Source: a virus. Taken from it: a stretch of DNA of 64,000 bases. The stretch spans positions 31,712-95,711 of IMG/VR virus record IMGVR_UViG_3300030328_001039; one strand, given 5' to 3'. Below the pieces are notes generated by a model. That model ran no database searches. It saw only the letters and a program-made list of their open reading frames with translations, and had not been told where the DNA came from. This document shows, piece after piece, positions 15,801 to 22,308 of the stretch (the stretch's first letter is position 1; each line of letters opens with the position of its first letter). The position numbers were made by a program, and so were the translations under genes.

Positions 15801-18800
15801 CTCCCATAATAATTTCACCAAGCGGGAAATCTTGAGACTGAGTACCTGTTAAAGCCCCAGCATCTTTACGCAATCCACTACCAACTACCCAGTCTTGGAA
15901 TGTAGCAACTGCGTTACCATTTGGTAAAAGGAATCTTCGTGTACTAACAGTAGAATCATCAAACAAAAAGCAAGACCCGTTCTTACTCTGATACTCTGCA
16001 TTTGCTCCGTTCTTCAAATATATTCTCCCAACTTTAGGGAATGGGTATGTACCCCAACTTGCTAAATCAGGCGACTCATTGTTCAGAGGAGATACTTCTA
16101 TGAACTGAGTTTCGTTACTTGAACTCAAATCAACTCTTACTTTAGTAGCAAGACAAGAGAAACCTCTTCTGCTACTGTAAGGTAAATGTGCTAGTGTGCT
16201 TCTGTCAAACGATGGCTTTGTGTCATACGCCCCTTGACCCACTCCTCCTAGTGTTACACTCACAACTGGTGCGTTAGGGTCTATCTCTTTGACAACATGA
16301 GAGTCAGGACTACCTGAGCCTAACTCATTGATACTACGAGTCGCTGCTACATCAGAAAGACCTACACAGTTTACCACTGTGAAACGCCCTTCATCGCCTT
16401 CTATCTGCTCAACACCACGCAATTTTGAGCGACCCATAAGGAACATTACAACGGCTATGTTACTAGAGTCAGGTCTATCCCCTGTTGAGTAAATGTACTG
16501 TAATTGATTAGTTCTAGTTCTATCAGATGGCTGAATAAAGAAGCGATGTGTAACTCCAACTAGAGTTGTAATTTCTACATTGTCAATAATGTCAAACATC
16601 TCATGTATGGCAGAGGCAGAAGAAGTTACACCAATATCAAATTGACCAGCACTTGGGCTACCGTGAACAGTATGAGGAGTCATACGATTGAACTCAGATG
16701 TAATCTCTAAAGCGTCAGCGTTTTGCACTCTTTCAATAAGTATGCGATGGAAAACAGAGTCGTGCTGAGCCTTTGTTGTATGAGACGCAGTAAGACTTTG
16801 AGGAGTAGTATTACCATTAGTGGTTGTTGCTGTAAAATTAGCAGGTGTGAGTCTCTCGTCTAATTCAACATCAGCCTCAAATCCTTCGCTATTATCCCCA
16901 ACTAGAGAATGAGAGAAATTAATAGAGCCTAAGTTTCCTTCTTTTGATTTACCAACATCAATGTAGCCACCGGGGGAGTAAAGTGTAGCAGTTCCAGCAG
17001 CAACATCTGTGGCTATGTCATCGTAAACATATACCCCACTTGCTACTTCATAATTTGAAGCAGGTACAGTTTTTTCGACCATTAACATTGGTGCGGTTTT
17101 ACTCATTGATGCGCCTGTAAAATCAATTGCGTTGTAGTGTACTTCTACATATGGTGCTAAGCCACGAGAAGCAAGAGTGGGTACATGTAAAAGAGCAATA
17201 CGGCTATTTCTTGAAGGGTGTAGATGGAACTTACGAACATTACTATCAACATTATCTAAGTCTGACGGAACTGGCCCTTTCAAAACAAACGGTAGTGGGT
17301 TAAAGTTACGAGCACCAGTCTTAGAACCACCAATTGCTATCAAAGTTCTATTAGCCCCTGCTAGACCATTTGATACTATTTCGTGCGGAGCACTTGAGTT
17401 CACAACTGTCTTGATTTCAAACGCTGCTGTGTCTTTGTAATAATCAACTTGAGAATTAATAGGGAACATTTTGTCAATGCCTTTTGTAGCAGCATCGTAC
17501 ATCAGCGTAAGAATGTCTGAATTACCAGCCTGTTGGTCTAGGTTTTCCTCGTTAGCACGAGGCATCATTCTAAGATATGAATGTCCTTCAATATGATTTA
17601 GAATATGGCGACCTGAATGACCTATCTGAAAACTTTCGTCTAAATCTGTAGGCCATGCTACAGCAAATGGATTATCAGTATCAACAGCGGTTGTAGACAT
17701 ACGGCTTGAATATGCCATAGCGTGTTGCTCATACTCACCTTCATCAATCAACATTTGACCTGCTCTATCAATCAACTGAGTAGCAAGGTGCGGTGGTTGA
17801 TACGGGCGACCTGTACCATTTTCAATTAAACAATCTGCTGAAATAACAACAAACGAGTTTGCTCCATTAGCAGAAGTGTGAGTAGAGTGAAGAATAGGTC
17901 GCAATCCATTGGTGTTTGTTGTATTTTTGAAATCTAAATGAACGCTTGATACCAATAATTCGCCTGATGAGATATTGATACGGTGCAGTCGCACACGCTC
18001 AGGTGGTTTGCCGTTTGGCTTCTTTGAGTTTTGATTTATCGAGCCGGGATTAATGAGAAGATTGTAAGGAACATGAGGCACAAGATGATTAGTAGTCGTA
18101 CCGGGAGTGCTGTATCTGTCAATAACAGAATAGTCACCAGTTGAGTATGGGGAGATTGTGAAATCAACATAAGTGTCTGTAATTGTTTTACCAGTCAAAG
18201 CATTAGCCAAAGACTGAGCATCAGCAGTGGGTATGGTGATAGCAGTGAGGTCATTTTCAGTAACCCCTGAGTCACTGTATGTAGAATCTATACTGCTAAT
18301 AGTGTAAACAGTATCTAGCGGTGAGATAGGCTCTTCAAATCTAAATAATGATATGGTTCTGTCACTTACCATTGAAGGATTACGAGTTATCATTTCGTTA
18401 CTAAATGAAGAAGAGACATGAATACCCTCAATTACACCTCTAAACTCACCGCCCTTTCCTCCAATGTAAACATGAGAGTTTTTACTCTTCAAAGCACTAC
18501 CAATAGGAATATTTTGATTGGCAACTAAATCACCATTTACATAGATTTCAGCGTTACTTTGATTAATACACGCAACGATATGGTATAACGGTCTTTGATT
18601 TCTGCTTAACGATGTTGCTTTATCTTTACCACTATCAAAACGATTGTATGAATCATCTAAACCACCAAATGTTGTAACTGGGTAAACTTGACCATCGTAG
18701 CCGTTTGTTTCAGGTTGAGCACTACGGAGTAAAACTTTGAAATCACCAATAGAAGAAGATGTAAGATTGGCTTCAAACTCAATTGGGCCGGGTGTATCGA

Positions 18801-19080
18801 CAGTACCCATGCTTAGCCTAAACTGACCGTCTTTCATCAGAATAACACCACCGCAGTCCGGTACAACCCATGCTTCAATAGCAAGTCCACTGCCTAACGC
18901 ATCAGCAATCATACCTCGCCCTGATGAATGAGATACGATTTCTTCAGAACTTCTTCTAGTGATGGCTGTCTCTTTATCGTAATCTTGCCCTAACTTGCTA
19001 AAATTACCTTGAGGGATAATCACGCTGTCGCTTACTCCGTCAAAAAATAAAGCGTGATTAGATTGAAGCATAATTGGCAT
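874..19080 (-). CDS. Giant 6068-aa virion tail/adhesion protein with N-terminal LamG/ConA-like domain
   Basis: 18.2-kb uninterrupted ORF with an AGGTGA RBS at about 19085-19090. The N-terminus has a LamG pattern (IEAWV...YHIVA...IYVNG...IGG...FRGVI). The protein is T/S/G-rich with repeated GSGY beta motifs and lies downstream of the tape measure gene. Confidence 0.8.
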   Translation of the reverse strand: MPIMLQSNHALFFDGVSDSVIIPQGNFSKLGQDYDKETAITRRSSEEIVSHSSGRGMIADALGSGLAIEAWVVPDCGGVILMKDGQFRLSMGTVDTPGPIEFEANLTSSSIGDFKVLLRSAQPETNGYDGQVYPVTTFGGLDDSYNRFDSGKDKATSLSRNQRPLYHIVACINQSNAEIYVNGDLVANQNIPIGSALKSKNSHVYIGGKGGEFRGVIEGIHVSSSFSNEMITRNPSMVSDRTISLFRFEEPISPLDTVYTISSIDSTYSDSGVTENDLTAITIPTADAQSLANALTGKTITDTYVDFTISPYSTGDYSVIDRYSTPGTTTNHLVPHVPYNLLINPGSINQNSKKPNGKPPERVRLHRINISSGELLVSSVHLDFKNTTNTNGLRPILHSTHTSANGANSFVVISADCLIENGTGRPYQPPHLATQLIDRAGQMLIDEGEYEQHAMAYSSRMSTTAVDTDNPFAVAWPTDLDESFQIGHSGRHILNHIEGHSYLRMMPRANEENLDQQAGNSDILTLMYDAATKGIDKMFPINSQVDYYKDTAAFEIKTVVNSSAPHEIVSNGLAGANRTLIAIGGSKTGARNFNPLPFVLKGPVPSDLDNVDSNVRKFHLHPSRNSRIALLHVPTLASRGLAPYVEVHYNAIDFTGASMSKTAPMLMVEKTVPASNYEVASGVYVYDDIATDVAAGTATLYSPGGYIDVGKSKEGNLGSINFSHSLVGDNSEGFEADVELDERLTPANFTATTTNGNTTPQSLTASHTTKAQHDSVFHRILIERVQNADALEITSEFNRMTPHTVHGSPSAGQFDIGVTSSASAIHEMFDIIDNVEITTLVGVTHRFFIQPSDRTRTNQLQYIYSTGDRPDSSNIAVVMFLMGRSKLRGVEQIEGDEGRFTVVNCVGLSDVAATRSINELGSGSPDSHVVKEIDPNAPVVSVTLGGVGQGAYDTKPSFDRSTLAHLPYSSRRGFSCLATKVRVDLSSSNETQFIEVSPLNNESPDLASWGTYPFPKVGRIYLKNGANAEYQSKNGSCFLFDDSTVSTRRFLLPNGNAVATFQDWVVGSGLRKDAGALTGTQSQDFPLGEIIMGDGHFFVENLQSDGTTVNDRMFQSMDNISHDYQLGTQFASTRALVEIPLFRGQFFVDRFRNSYPSPDNSLKLHIDPTMTAHTWNPSPVGRRYQDMPPSDRSAYGAFAKSILSNERNNQSNITNFEILTSTYRIYVTNPKMYPAGDTSSDKYFNVDDVLLYRRVFLPSGAWAIYSNNPATDGYIEIVKEDSYVSETFVGEAVVGLPLLIGNIYDSEVLVPLKGDALNAAADFENRSEYYYDAASAKTQGGNIDYGLRQYVSAVEFKAGPLSNPHAAKIQSKRAAGTILSVEPIMNGSVYTGFAHLIMSQEDVDKFPNIERQPNAINADYKWEMGQAHYSLEIGTNTFVYFGEGNKNKSTLVTSGTTPTDSLDTLSSIIVMTKENNSIPSYLDNDTLKGEVATLTKYGYDVFFSSDKYNTLLDNTVNMSHTGRPVHYSAPWQISALIGGDDQITLSIQKSEILQSNTFNLNVQHEDWLYAEHHKDGEVVKVTILGQVDYINESIILGNPVTIPQTAGIVHLKAAVPTANKTSLTAMLGAAALSATEFVYLRTGCHSMMVNDEEACLNRTWLFPYAQGGLRRGDTIWMNMTYNNPHAVQGMFAKSRGVLNEALVWKGFNGGLGLMAAEPRDSIPLENFLIGDSCIDTARNFVQHVNKTIELNYTNLGISNPPTIAYLDPYLATEGHARVLLYDVAHDREFIAFQDIHMQVQTSPKAAEIGFERLSTSQNVADGTDEVDLSYYSIKYNGGSQNPFITQVDVANGYPSQNKYIREYQHSNFMESAYAHNIANNMASEMLEPVKGIVSRIEPVQGQSSFNRQNGTGYPSGTTTNVATTAINAGGTGLTVDITTTSGQITTIAVNTPGSGYLTSRVGGGGFESKIRVTGGNNNAVFKVFTHTGTSLINTLTTMTQSMIYGKAHGHFIHTGFHTGGPLAKERALGDSIASRTNNAAVTIYHANKEHKKTRKLFSSNDILVKALMQHRIKKGKTLTLKAGGSTYNNGTFFNVRTTSDGKGKGMTVDVVISSGAVATATVRRHGNSLYKDGDTIFIADRRVNDLPTATPPFVAGDGKGSFTLNINNTNDETSTLFDTPDGTRVIPAFLALKGIRSEALDLSNMNETRLQHLPQWTQMDFTRRMTIDLGEVAVKDGITNVEAAATEVVRMINQAAAKKGRTHSDNNNKQYPVKVAGEADFATTGSTHDPAVWWDEDKAFESHDKGTHMGYIRAHLGRVVKNIDGSEEGFSIIIHSTVPGATGRNFCVWLDNSKGQLPYRPEFMIGHGGRFRTFWCMPDEISGENMHPAPMPLNKHGRPFAPITSLRQYTQPDESMQAVAPKGEFSNNHDETTTPRLRAVSAHSGSGQNHNTLNTESLEVEGFNTSFTEGLRVGTNAVARINFGGLVAAGIPGFAPDAGKWGFGRKGDNRFANDYGLLTTVSNTDPASTYTGHVPTPDTFPENIGDTNLYGLRLQDHRGVSHGLRYIYKNMGDNFALDNTTLPKTLDNEIAIYFNHKDCSQGGFTIGKHMHGISDPTGRFPAIPDNANLASWRGNYWRGAPAPNASYNANVVYSVANQTITVTPYAPYDACDHHDILGYMGFPAEDGVIHLSDPFNHMGAATITAGGSGYTAGQTNADAIGVGGSGSGMTLSINTNGSNAVTSVTITSLGEGGYINGDTISVSGIGGTNAQFTLIESINGNWGNMYSYTHRTRNDKTGTHVFHGVVGDTYVSRHKHHSSSTISAPVFEAGDYVVGETTESTSALITPVANWTTLITDELMAAVTAFAINLDNPNKQKGHFFDCTEMYAADGRTFAEWGITEESIKIKAYNTKNDIEPISNFFTASLSQDTGIRASHIEYGEVESLKLDDEGVSIGGTGDRPVTNDLIDSGRSVNCGYIPSSVLQITTSGRGHNSNTPTPNIVDSQNNPIDTNTWRKNLIGENFIESSGDLILPNLDNPTLKMSAIGHAGAAITLHSDNAMWHFAKPSGEESNVNHVFNGSSNDLTRVDSFGTQTPISYNKHTAIAESRGTTLAAAESTFKAISDANLRSEDWPSSNPSGTIVIQKYNDTRRAFLFAGKRSLGSVHSVPIIRFTGARDSPDNYVPLFFGGGFSGATIDINDGTQNDYSEHNTHPYANGPTGSSGIQNANEILSSFSTIDCNAIMAFFPATALLKQHRGSINPPVYNKDSILSQDLKRGSHTPSNIHPNAAPYTAGVHMQVPSPMVLRFAHPTARYQDHRDGTENKTTFIIFGPGQAFPLTQESATPNNTFEPHPGSAISTGNGWSKVPNMSSGVGGRAFLPNHIHNSDGDYMPERAATQLLKHSYHYRQVFNWESSLGIPDTVFLRERPESGRNYGSSFTAAAFKHYNSFGNFTDNVARAYSVAQPSRHAMFYGHGMVKNADLCWHMDNGNHPGGSWMDNQITMNPPREADDARVPAQTTTTQINKTAFRVAGTLATRMLYSNDNSGSPAFAAETLVQGDVDHEYIVVDATRCQNGEELACLLGGAINTFPGKGALKAIGGTFMPSMGNSTKQDRYGWIAAESTAIPSSVYGGGAGGVTPHAQVAGLGYSNNVVSGQAMTRSILTTSTFTGNITNNDPLIPVTGTFPPNMQAGQTVTGTGLQANTVVVSFTGSSITVSPNPNASNSGVTITHTHNTLGNTASLASNLKAGDCFIDLQITGYTNASDTATQSIVNRIPTSGWLRTEADTDYGGVVSSSVKTAAWACYHSRATYRNGSDLFCRFFLSNNKITGLKAFEDGEAWRIYANTTTPFNTQNGSNVGGVSLPHPAPTTGTKIWIWSKSSTLGVDNSADFERYLQKGIGAVHFSGIVDAIDRTKPVGAVGWHGERYSYLNTLPVDGGYSAGLGAWHSMLGFSPYGGASSCATILGHLPHTTPLPNSPESMPPTDIPGRSLDNFPSDGDTEADQVSFSVDDPVAFGSYVVGWADGAQFNNPPVMRTMPELQKELVHPQGTYARALLVVAHEGELSLVARKDRDSYTATGDYLLAGGTTQWDERFHNADRFIAPANAGPNVEALIVDATAPPTIADYTATSALDNAPFDAQFYLHGSISADTSLSNAEPCFAETGDLFFDIDKNVGIINHEGDIAERNLATDFITANTNPSANMVHNVGTNQSEVFWAGDVNAYDVLKRTPHKNFSTEHIVWKRMDGGTVTMPASNARGLGAVPWITRVKNAVVGDAAGTAHQMGEKLYGNIRFSFETTNSAMMPVLQAQEIAHPTLAKEHPIALGGILEIPNEEIQFEDITVVDDTGQVHTLEGGSPLGIIIRAYKPTSTRLASGLQPVPANSGIAPNFEIQLPDPESIPGNILVRSGFDPIQAYQTETVGDGGMIHPDLGASHIGHLFDNVVKAPRKGPTMNEVGWEHISQGENFPESTRDGWVEATRNNSLRSSYEQQDRALYFHITKMGHSHTEKFPVTYTHAAGVVNQDLTVSSFASPILTASATITPSIFDAGFGTKEVAGDRRFLRIANPAGESVVVSYTSIGTGGEVNLFKGVVGDIDFDQFLADNPPATTTLTITPSYYIPAGSTRIFAARRLRDHAEVSGNSPDMAHTLYFDGDSQTTIHSRYSKPQLTPMPIPRMGHHFVNATMPMMPGHWAHPSYAGLYDKANSDRLAALGDEDYTSLAENLVEIDGTTNNQTSIPTAVEERIFPLNPALRVGSLTTNPSGPSDIHGGAFTLMFETKIKYDGYGILASKGTAGDMNKAGGHSIVLEAGGNYTQANHFPDPAEVGAYQIVIQPNLRSQQITGFHRNNADSTGLPTAGTELSSLTSQQVALVIGIKYDEERHATLTNSANIGGVTLILSEATLADVRGCEIFLNEVILDHDPDHGSQFTNIPPMLLYNPLGVQGSESPHFTRRGHPYHPTTSEVSFKDATPGFTTNIPWWSIMHQGTPSDASAVGFRHLALYRIDNYYQFCRASYGAIGAQLTLAGYPSIYPDIYSKIMENVSLTPTCKVVGNHSSSTTIQVDDCSLFPEIPYYGQKLQYIDPDTGETVSFTYTRRQGTTHSSGTMNEPDIFHLPTGVTLTSGTKLTLSKPYSTKSVNDILKIDSESVMTKNLGQLLSGTRDTNSLFLTDAYLCAWSPNLGRPHTFYSDASRTWITNGVNHTTDRAVNNAAYNSMPQHFETIHYQDVNYTASHGPFSLQMKTPKPPQPLAGTVHTITTTTVTVITMTTTVSGVSSNDVLFAKGRVLGRVNTVSSANITLYTKIFESSNLVTGDTVYVGGDGSIDTAANIHSMTGISSQGGPTAMLTNFWPCGSRGGALVSRLDGYAMSAAAWHLPQSYAHAAGTHWEDDDDAGTYAVSSGVSIGSLSTLRTYPFGYRFGLRQAWNRPQWGHYGMRAYQEQATHSGASNFAVGYKAGPLVEYEAITSNGWLYAGGDTTQSNTNLPTTYVGIIERSTTAAGMLNADKYEWQVRYSEGRRMTRGFGCAIRTIRNASTVLRDWWGDSAGMGKLYYKDAVSYYLIDWWGNTRGEDVRRFPVRSFGINPSWDAGDAYEYDRANGRTPFERVWNNGKPIFDLKGIVNFTNGNVLSSPTVTIPRFGGRKNTGNNNTDTTLVDVFAPTNAMRVGDMGNGRGVRFPTQFNEDRLVELSAVYENSGIVLSGNTAEPTFGEGLIRPRNDVLQASEIVRGISSRLEVDEDGLLKPEATVSDKVESISGTSVHKDAISRSSPRIGIDGDTIESLTGSNSNMVAINSEAHSLHTNRGVGQRVVLQGGMQSGSQTLGHYDLTTLSFAAQPHGGVMRFSHTSNFKSMGGTYILEARSFASPFDDTGWGRSGMSGNKTSNPYQTTSSIANPTNMTDDAVQFMLRPIRLLDNQHIAVFRPALALHSGSKQNGSTAFTATAGGKYGLFTYSTPSGRASSGSYMRATNPNTSAPYQPVYLVESSSDTLPVSKGPKLPGTGVTGFDKTTLKSSVTRLVISENTLQHFKSDAPRRTGQGKDYTVKSRFSQSLHSKGHKEDVSFNTSDHSGDA

Positions 19081-19089
19081 TTTATCACC

Positions 19090-20331
19090 TCAAATAATCA
19101 TGTCAATCGGAGCAAAGACCATTTGGAATGTATAGTGTTGCTCACCAGCATTGTACCCAACATCAAACTTCTGTATTGTACCTTGAATGCCAGTGGTTTC
19201 ATCTGTTGTACTAAAATCTACATTTGCTGACTTTGTATTACCCGATGCTATTTTTTCATTTGTATCTACAAAAAGACCAGTCTGAATCATAAAGTTACGA
19301 ACACTATATTTTTTACCACCATCGGCAGTAATCATTGAGTTGTAAGGTATTTGTAAACCAATAGGATAATCGCCGTTAAATAAACCATCAAAGGCTAAAA
19401 CACCACCTGCTACAATACCAGCGGCTAAACCAACACCGCCAGTTGCCACACCAACTGCTAAGCCAGCAACTAAAGCAGCAGTGCCTCTGTCTGTATTGTG
19501 TAAGATACCATACAAGTCTTGCACTTTATCTCCAGCCGATTTATTGTTCAAATCAGTTGCGCTTGAACCTCCACTGAATGGTCGATGATATGGTGCATAG
19601 TTGTCAGCATCTACGAACCATTTCACGCTATCATTAACTAACATCGCACCATTAACGCCTTGTGTAAGTGTAAGTTTTGAACTACCAGCAGCAGGTGCAA
19701 ACTCAGATGTTGATACAGAGCCAGTGATTGTTGAGTTTAGATGACTTGCTCCTAATGCTGTAACGACAGAAGCAGCGATATGTGCTGGTGTTGTTGATGA
19801 AGAATGAGTGTATACTTTTGTACCGGATGGAGAATTAGTGTCTGTTACGACATTTGAAACACCGGGGTTTGAAAAGTTCTTACTGTTGTCAGGCACAAAA
19901 TGAATAGTCTCTGTTGTAGTGACGCTGCTATCAGCAGATTGCTTTTCCTTTAACTCCAGTTTTTCTAAATTATTAAAAAAAACTGAGTTTGCTATTTGTA
20001 CGAACTTACCAACGCTAGTAGTTTCTGCTTGATTAACTGCAAAATCAATTACACTGGTAGCAGCGGTGGCAGATGATGAGCGTCTGTTTACATCATCGTC
20101 TGTAAAAATACCCTCAATAACAATTGTAGAATTAACCATGTTCAAATCAATACCTATTCTTGACCCTCCAAATAATGGTATAGGCATTCCACCAACTTTA
20201 CGCTCTACACTGAGAGCAATAGAGAGTGCTTGGAGTTCCATAGGAGGGAACGGTTTGTCACCAATACCTATTTTGTGACCTATTCCTCCGTCAAAATGGA
20301 GGCGAATAGGTGTACCATATCCGTCACTCAT
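19090..20331 (-). CDS. Putative distal tail/tail-tip protein with glycine-zipper hydrophobic insert
   Basis: Immediately follows the tape measure gene (ATGA overlap). It has beta-rich N- and C-termini (IVIEGIF; GTIQKFDVGYNAGE...YTFQMVF) typical of the position. Confidence 0.55.
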   Translation of the reverse strand: MSDGYGTPIRLHFDGGIGHKIGIGDKPFPPMELQALSIALSVERKVGGMPIPLFGGSRIGIDLNMVNSTIVIEGIFTDDDVNRRSSSATAATSVIDFAVNQAETTSVGKFVQIANSVFFNNLEKLELKEKQSADSSVTTTETIHFVPDNSKNFSNPGVSNVVTDTNSPSGTKVYTHSSSTTPAHIAASVVTALGASHLNSTITGSVSTSEFAPAAGSSKLTLTQGVNGAMLVNDSVKWFVDADNYAPYHRPFSGGSSATDLNNKSAGDKVQDLYGILHNTDRGTAALVAGLAVGVATGGVGLAAGIVAGGVLAFDGLFNGDYPIGLQIPYNSMITADGGKKYSVRNFMIQTGLFVDTNEKIASGNTKSANVDFSTTDETTGIQGTIQKFDVGYNAGEQHYTFQMVFAPIDMII

Positions 20332-21644
20332 CTACCCGACCTCATTGTTGAGCCACCGCTTGCACGAGCAATCTCTTGTTGGATGGCATTACTCATTTTT
20401 CTTGCGAACTCACGCTTGTCAGTTCTGTCTGTCATGCCTGATGGATTGATTGTAATATTGTAGGTATTACCGCCCCCTGTTCCAGTACCACCGTTAATTT
20501 CAACTGGTATAGAACGGTTACCTGAAAGCGGAACTACAGCCTCAGTGCCGTGTAACATTACCGGGTAACCCGACTCAGGCCCAGTCGCTATACCACCTTC
20601 AGCGAATCCCATCATTTCTAAACCCGCATCAACAATTTTACCACCATATTCCCACACCTTTTCGATTGCTTTGAGAATTGGTTTTATTGTATCATATAAT
20701 ATATCTAGTGCTAACGCAAAAGCCTCAAGTACAGGTGAAAAGATATTTTCCCAAGTCCATTCAAATGCTGACACTACAGCATCCCAAACAACTTTTAGAT
20801 TTTCCATACCCTCTACTATACCCGGCCCTGCTGCCTCCCATAGAGCACCAAGAGTGTTATCCCAAGCCATTTTCATACCGCTTGTGAATACATTCCAATA
20901 TATTCCGAGAACCTCAAAACCAGCCTTCATTGGCGGGCCGACTAGATTCCAAAGTGGTACAACTATAGCATCCCAAATCTTTTTCATACCATCTGCGAGT
21001 AAATCCCACCCTTCACCGATAGCACTTATACCAGTCATCATTGGTGTGCCGACTAGATTCCACAAAGGAACTGTGATGTTATTCCAAGCCAAGGCCATAC
21101 CAGCCATGATTGTGTCCCAAAGTAAACCAATCGCAGTTAAGCCAGCCGTGATAGGAATACCCACTAAGTTCCAAAGAGGCACAATCAAATTATCCCATAA
21201 TAATTTCATTCCTTTAACAAGACCATCCCATAAGATACCTATTACAACAAGACCGCCTTCAATAACTGGGCCAACTAGACTCCATAACGGTACTATTATT
21301 TCTTGCCACATTAAGTCCATTCCTACCATGAGAATATCCCATGCTATCTTTAATGCATCAAACGCAAGGCCAAGCGTGTCCATTATGAACTGCCCTATTG
21401 TCATTATAATAGGCTCAGAGAACTCCCAAAGTGCTTGGAAAATTGGCATGATATGTTCATTAAACCAATCTTTGACAACTTGAAACTTCTCTTTTATGAA
21501 TGTAACAGCACCAGCAAAAGCACCAGTTATTGCTGCAATTGCACTACCAAATATACCACCAAGAGCACCAAAGATACCTGAGACTACACCTGCACCGCTT
21601 GACAACCCACTAAGGGCTACGGTTAGGCCAGCCAGTGCTACCAT
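20328..21644 (-). CDS. Tail tape measure protein
   Basis: Amphipathic helical sequence with periodic Trp (37-aa repeat) and a C-terminal FAEGG...G.EAVVPL...ITIN motif characteristic of TMP C-termini. Follows the chaperone pair. Confidence 0.85.
   Translation of the reverse strand: MVALAGLTVALSGLSSGAGVVSGIFGALGGIFGSAIAAITGAFAGAVTFIKEKFQVVKDWFNEHIMPIFQALWEFSEPIIMTIGQFIMDTLGLAFDALKIAWDILMVGMDLMWQEIIVPLWSLVGPVIEGGLVVIGILWDGLVKGMKLLWDNLIVPLWNLVGIPITAGLTAIGLLWDTIMAGMALAWNNITVPLWNLVGTPMMTGISAIGEGWDLLADGMKKIWDAIVVPLWNLVGPPMKAGFEVLGIYWNVFTSGMKMAWDNTLGALWEAAGPGIVEGMENLKVVWDAVVSAFEWTWENIFSPVLEAFALALDILYDTIKPILKAIEKVWEYGGKIVDAGLEMMGFAEGGIATGPESGYPVMLHGTEAVVPLSGNRSIPVEINGGTGTGGGNTYNITINPSGMTDRTDKREFARKMSNAIQQEIARASGGSTMRSGR
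20838..21284 (-). repeat. 111-bp (37-aa) degenerate tandem repeat in the tape measure gene
   Basis: The Trp codon of LW(N/S/E)LVG recurs at 21282, 21171, 21060, 20949 and 20838, an exact 111-bp spacing. Confidence 0.85.
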
Positions 21645-21922
21645 CAGAAGTCCTCCCTATTTAGGAAATCATAGTCAAGAGACACTGTTTCTCGACTGCC
21701 ATTTTTCGCTGACTGCGATGCTCTTTTGTTTGCTTTCTCCTCTTCTTCACGAGCAATTGTCGCCCAAGTATAGGATTGATAGAATTGCTGTGGAGTCATC
21801 TCATGTACCTCTTTTATTGAAATTGTATAATGCTTTGCTACAATGTATGCTTTCATCTCAAGAGAGAGTTCTAAATCGGCAGGTGTCTCTATGACTTTGC
21901 GACTCAGGAAATCCCGAATCAC
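21644..21922 (-). CDS. Tail assembly chaperone, downstream (gpT-like) part
   Basis: Small ORF between the chaperone and TMP, in the -1 frame relative to the upstream ORF. Contains an 'EVHEMTPQQF' motif like gpT-type proteins. Confidence 0.7.
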   Translation of the reverse strand: MIRDFLSRKVIETPADLELSLEMKAYIVAKHYTISIKEVHEMTPQQFYQSYTWATIAREEEEKANKRASQSAKNGSRETVSLDYDFLNREDF

Positions 21923-22308
21923 TTCTTCCCGCCTTTGGTAAACCCCCCTGCCATCATTTCACCCAGTTCGTTAGGACTTGGTAGGAGTGCAGATATTTGT
22001 TCACCAATGTGACCCTTGAGTTTCAATAAGTCATCATTTGACATGGCTGGGTTAGTTCGCACTACCCAGTTTGAAAAAGCGTATTTGTAAAAGCCTTCTA
22101 GGTTTAGAGACATTTGACCATCTTTACCGATGTTAAACATTTCTTGTGCAGCCTTTTGAATGTCGAAGAAAGAAACATCACGCACCCAAACCTCCATGAT
22201 AATATCAGGATTATCGGGGTCTACGCTAATTTCGTGTTTCTGTTCATCATGCCGTCTCATCAAAAGATTCTTGTTTGCTACTACTGTTTTCGTCATCTGT
22301 CTCACCAT
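21919..22308 (-). CDS. Tail assembly chaperone (gpG-like); start may be 22296
   Basis: Position between the tail tube and TMP. Ends in a G-run (GCA GGG GGG TTT). A GGTGA RBS precedes the ATG at 22296. Confidence 0.7.
   Translation of the reverse strand: MVRQMTKTVVANKNLLMRRHDEQKHEISVDPDNPDIIMEVWVRDVSFFDIQKAAQEMFNIGKDGQMSLNLEGFYKYAFSNWVVRTNPAMSNDDLLKLKGHIGEQISALLPSPNELGEMMAGGFTKGGKK

Noticed and set aside
20671-21483. 270-aa plus-strand ORF
   Set aside because: Antisense shadow of the repetitive hydrophobic tape measure gene, with no RBS or motif.
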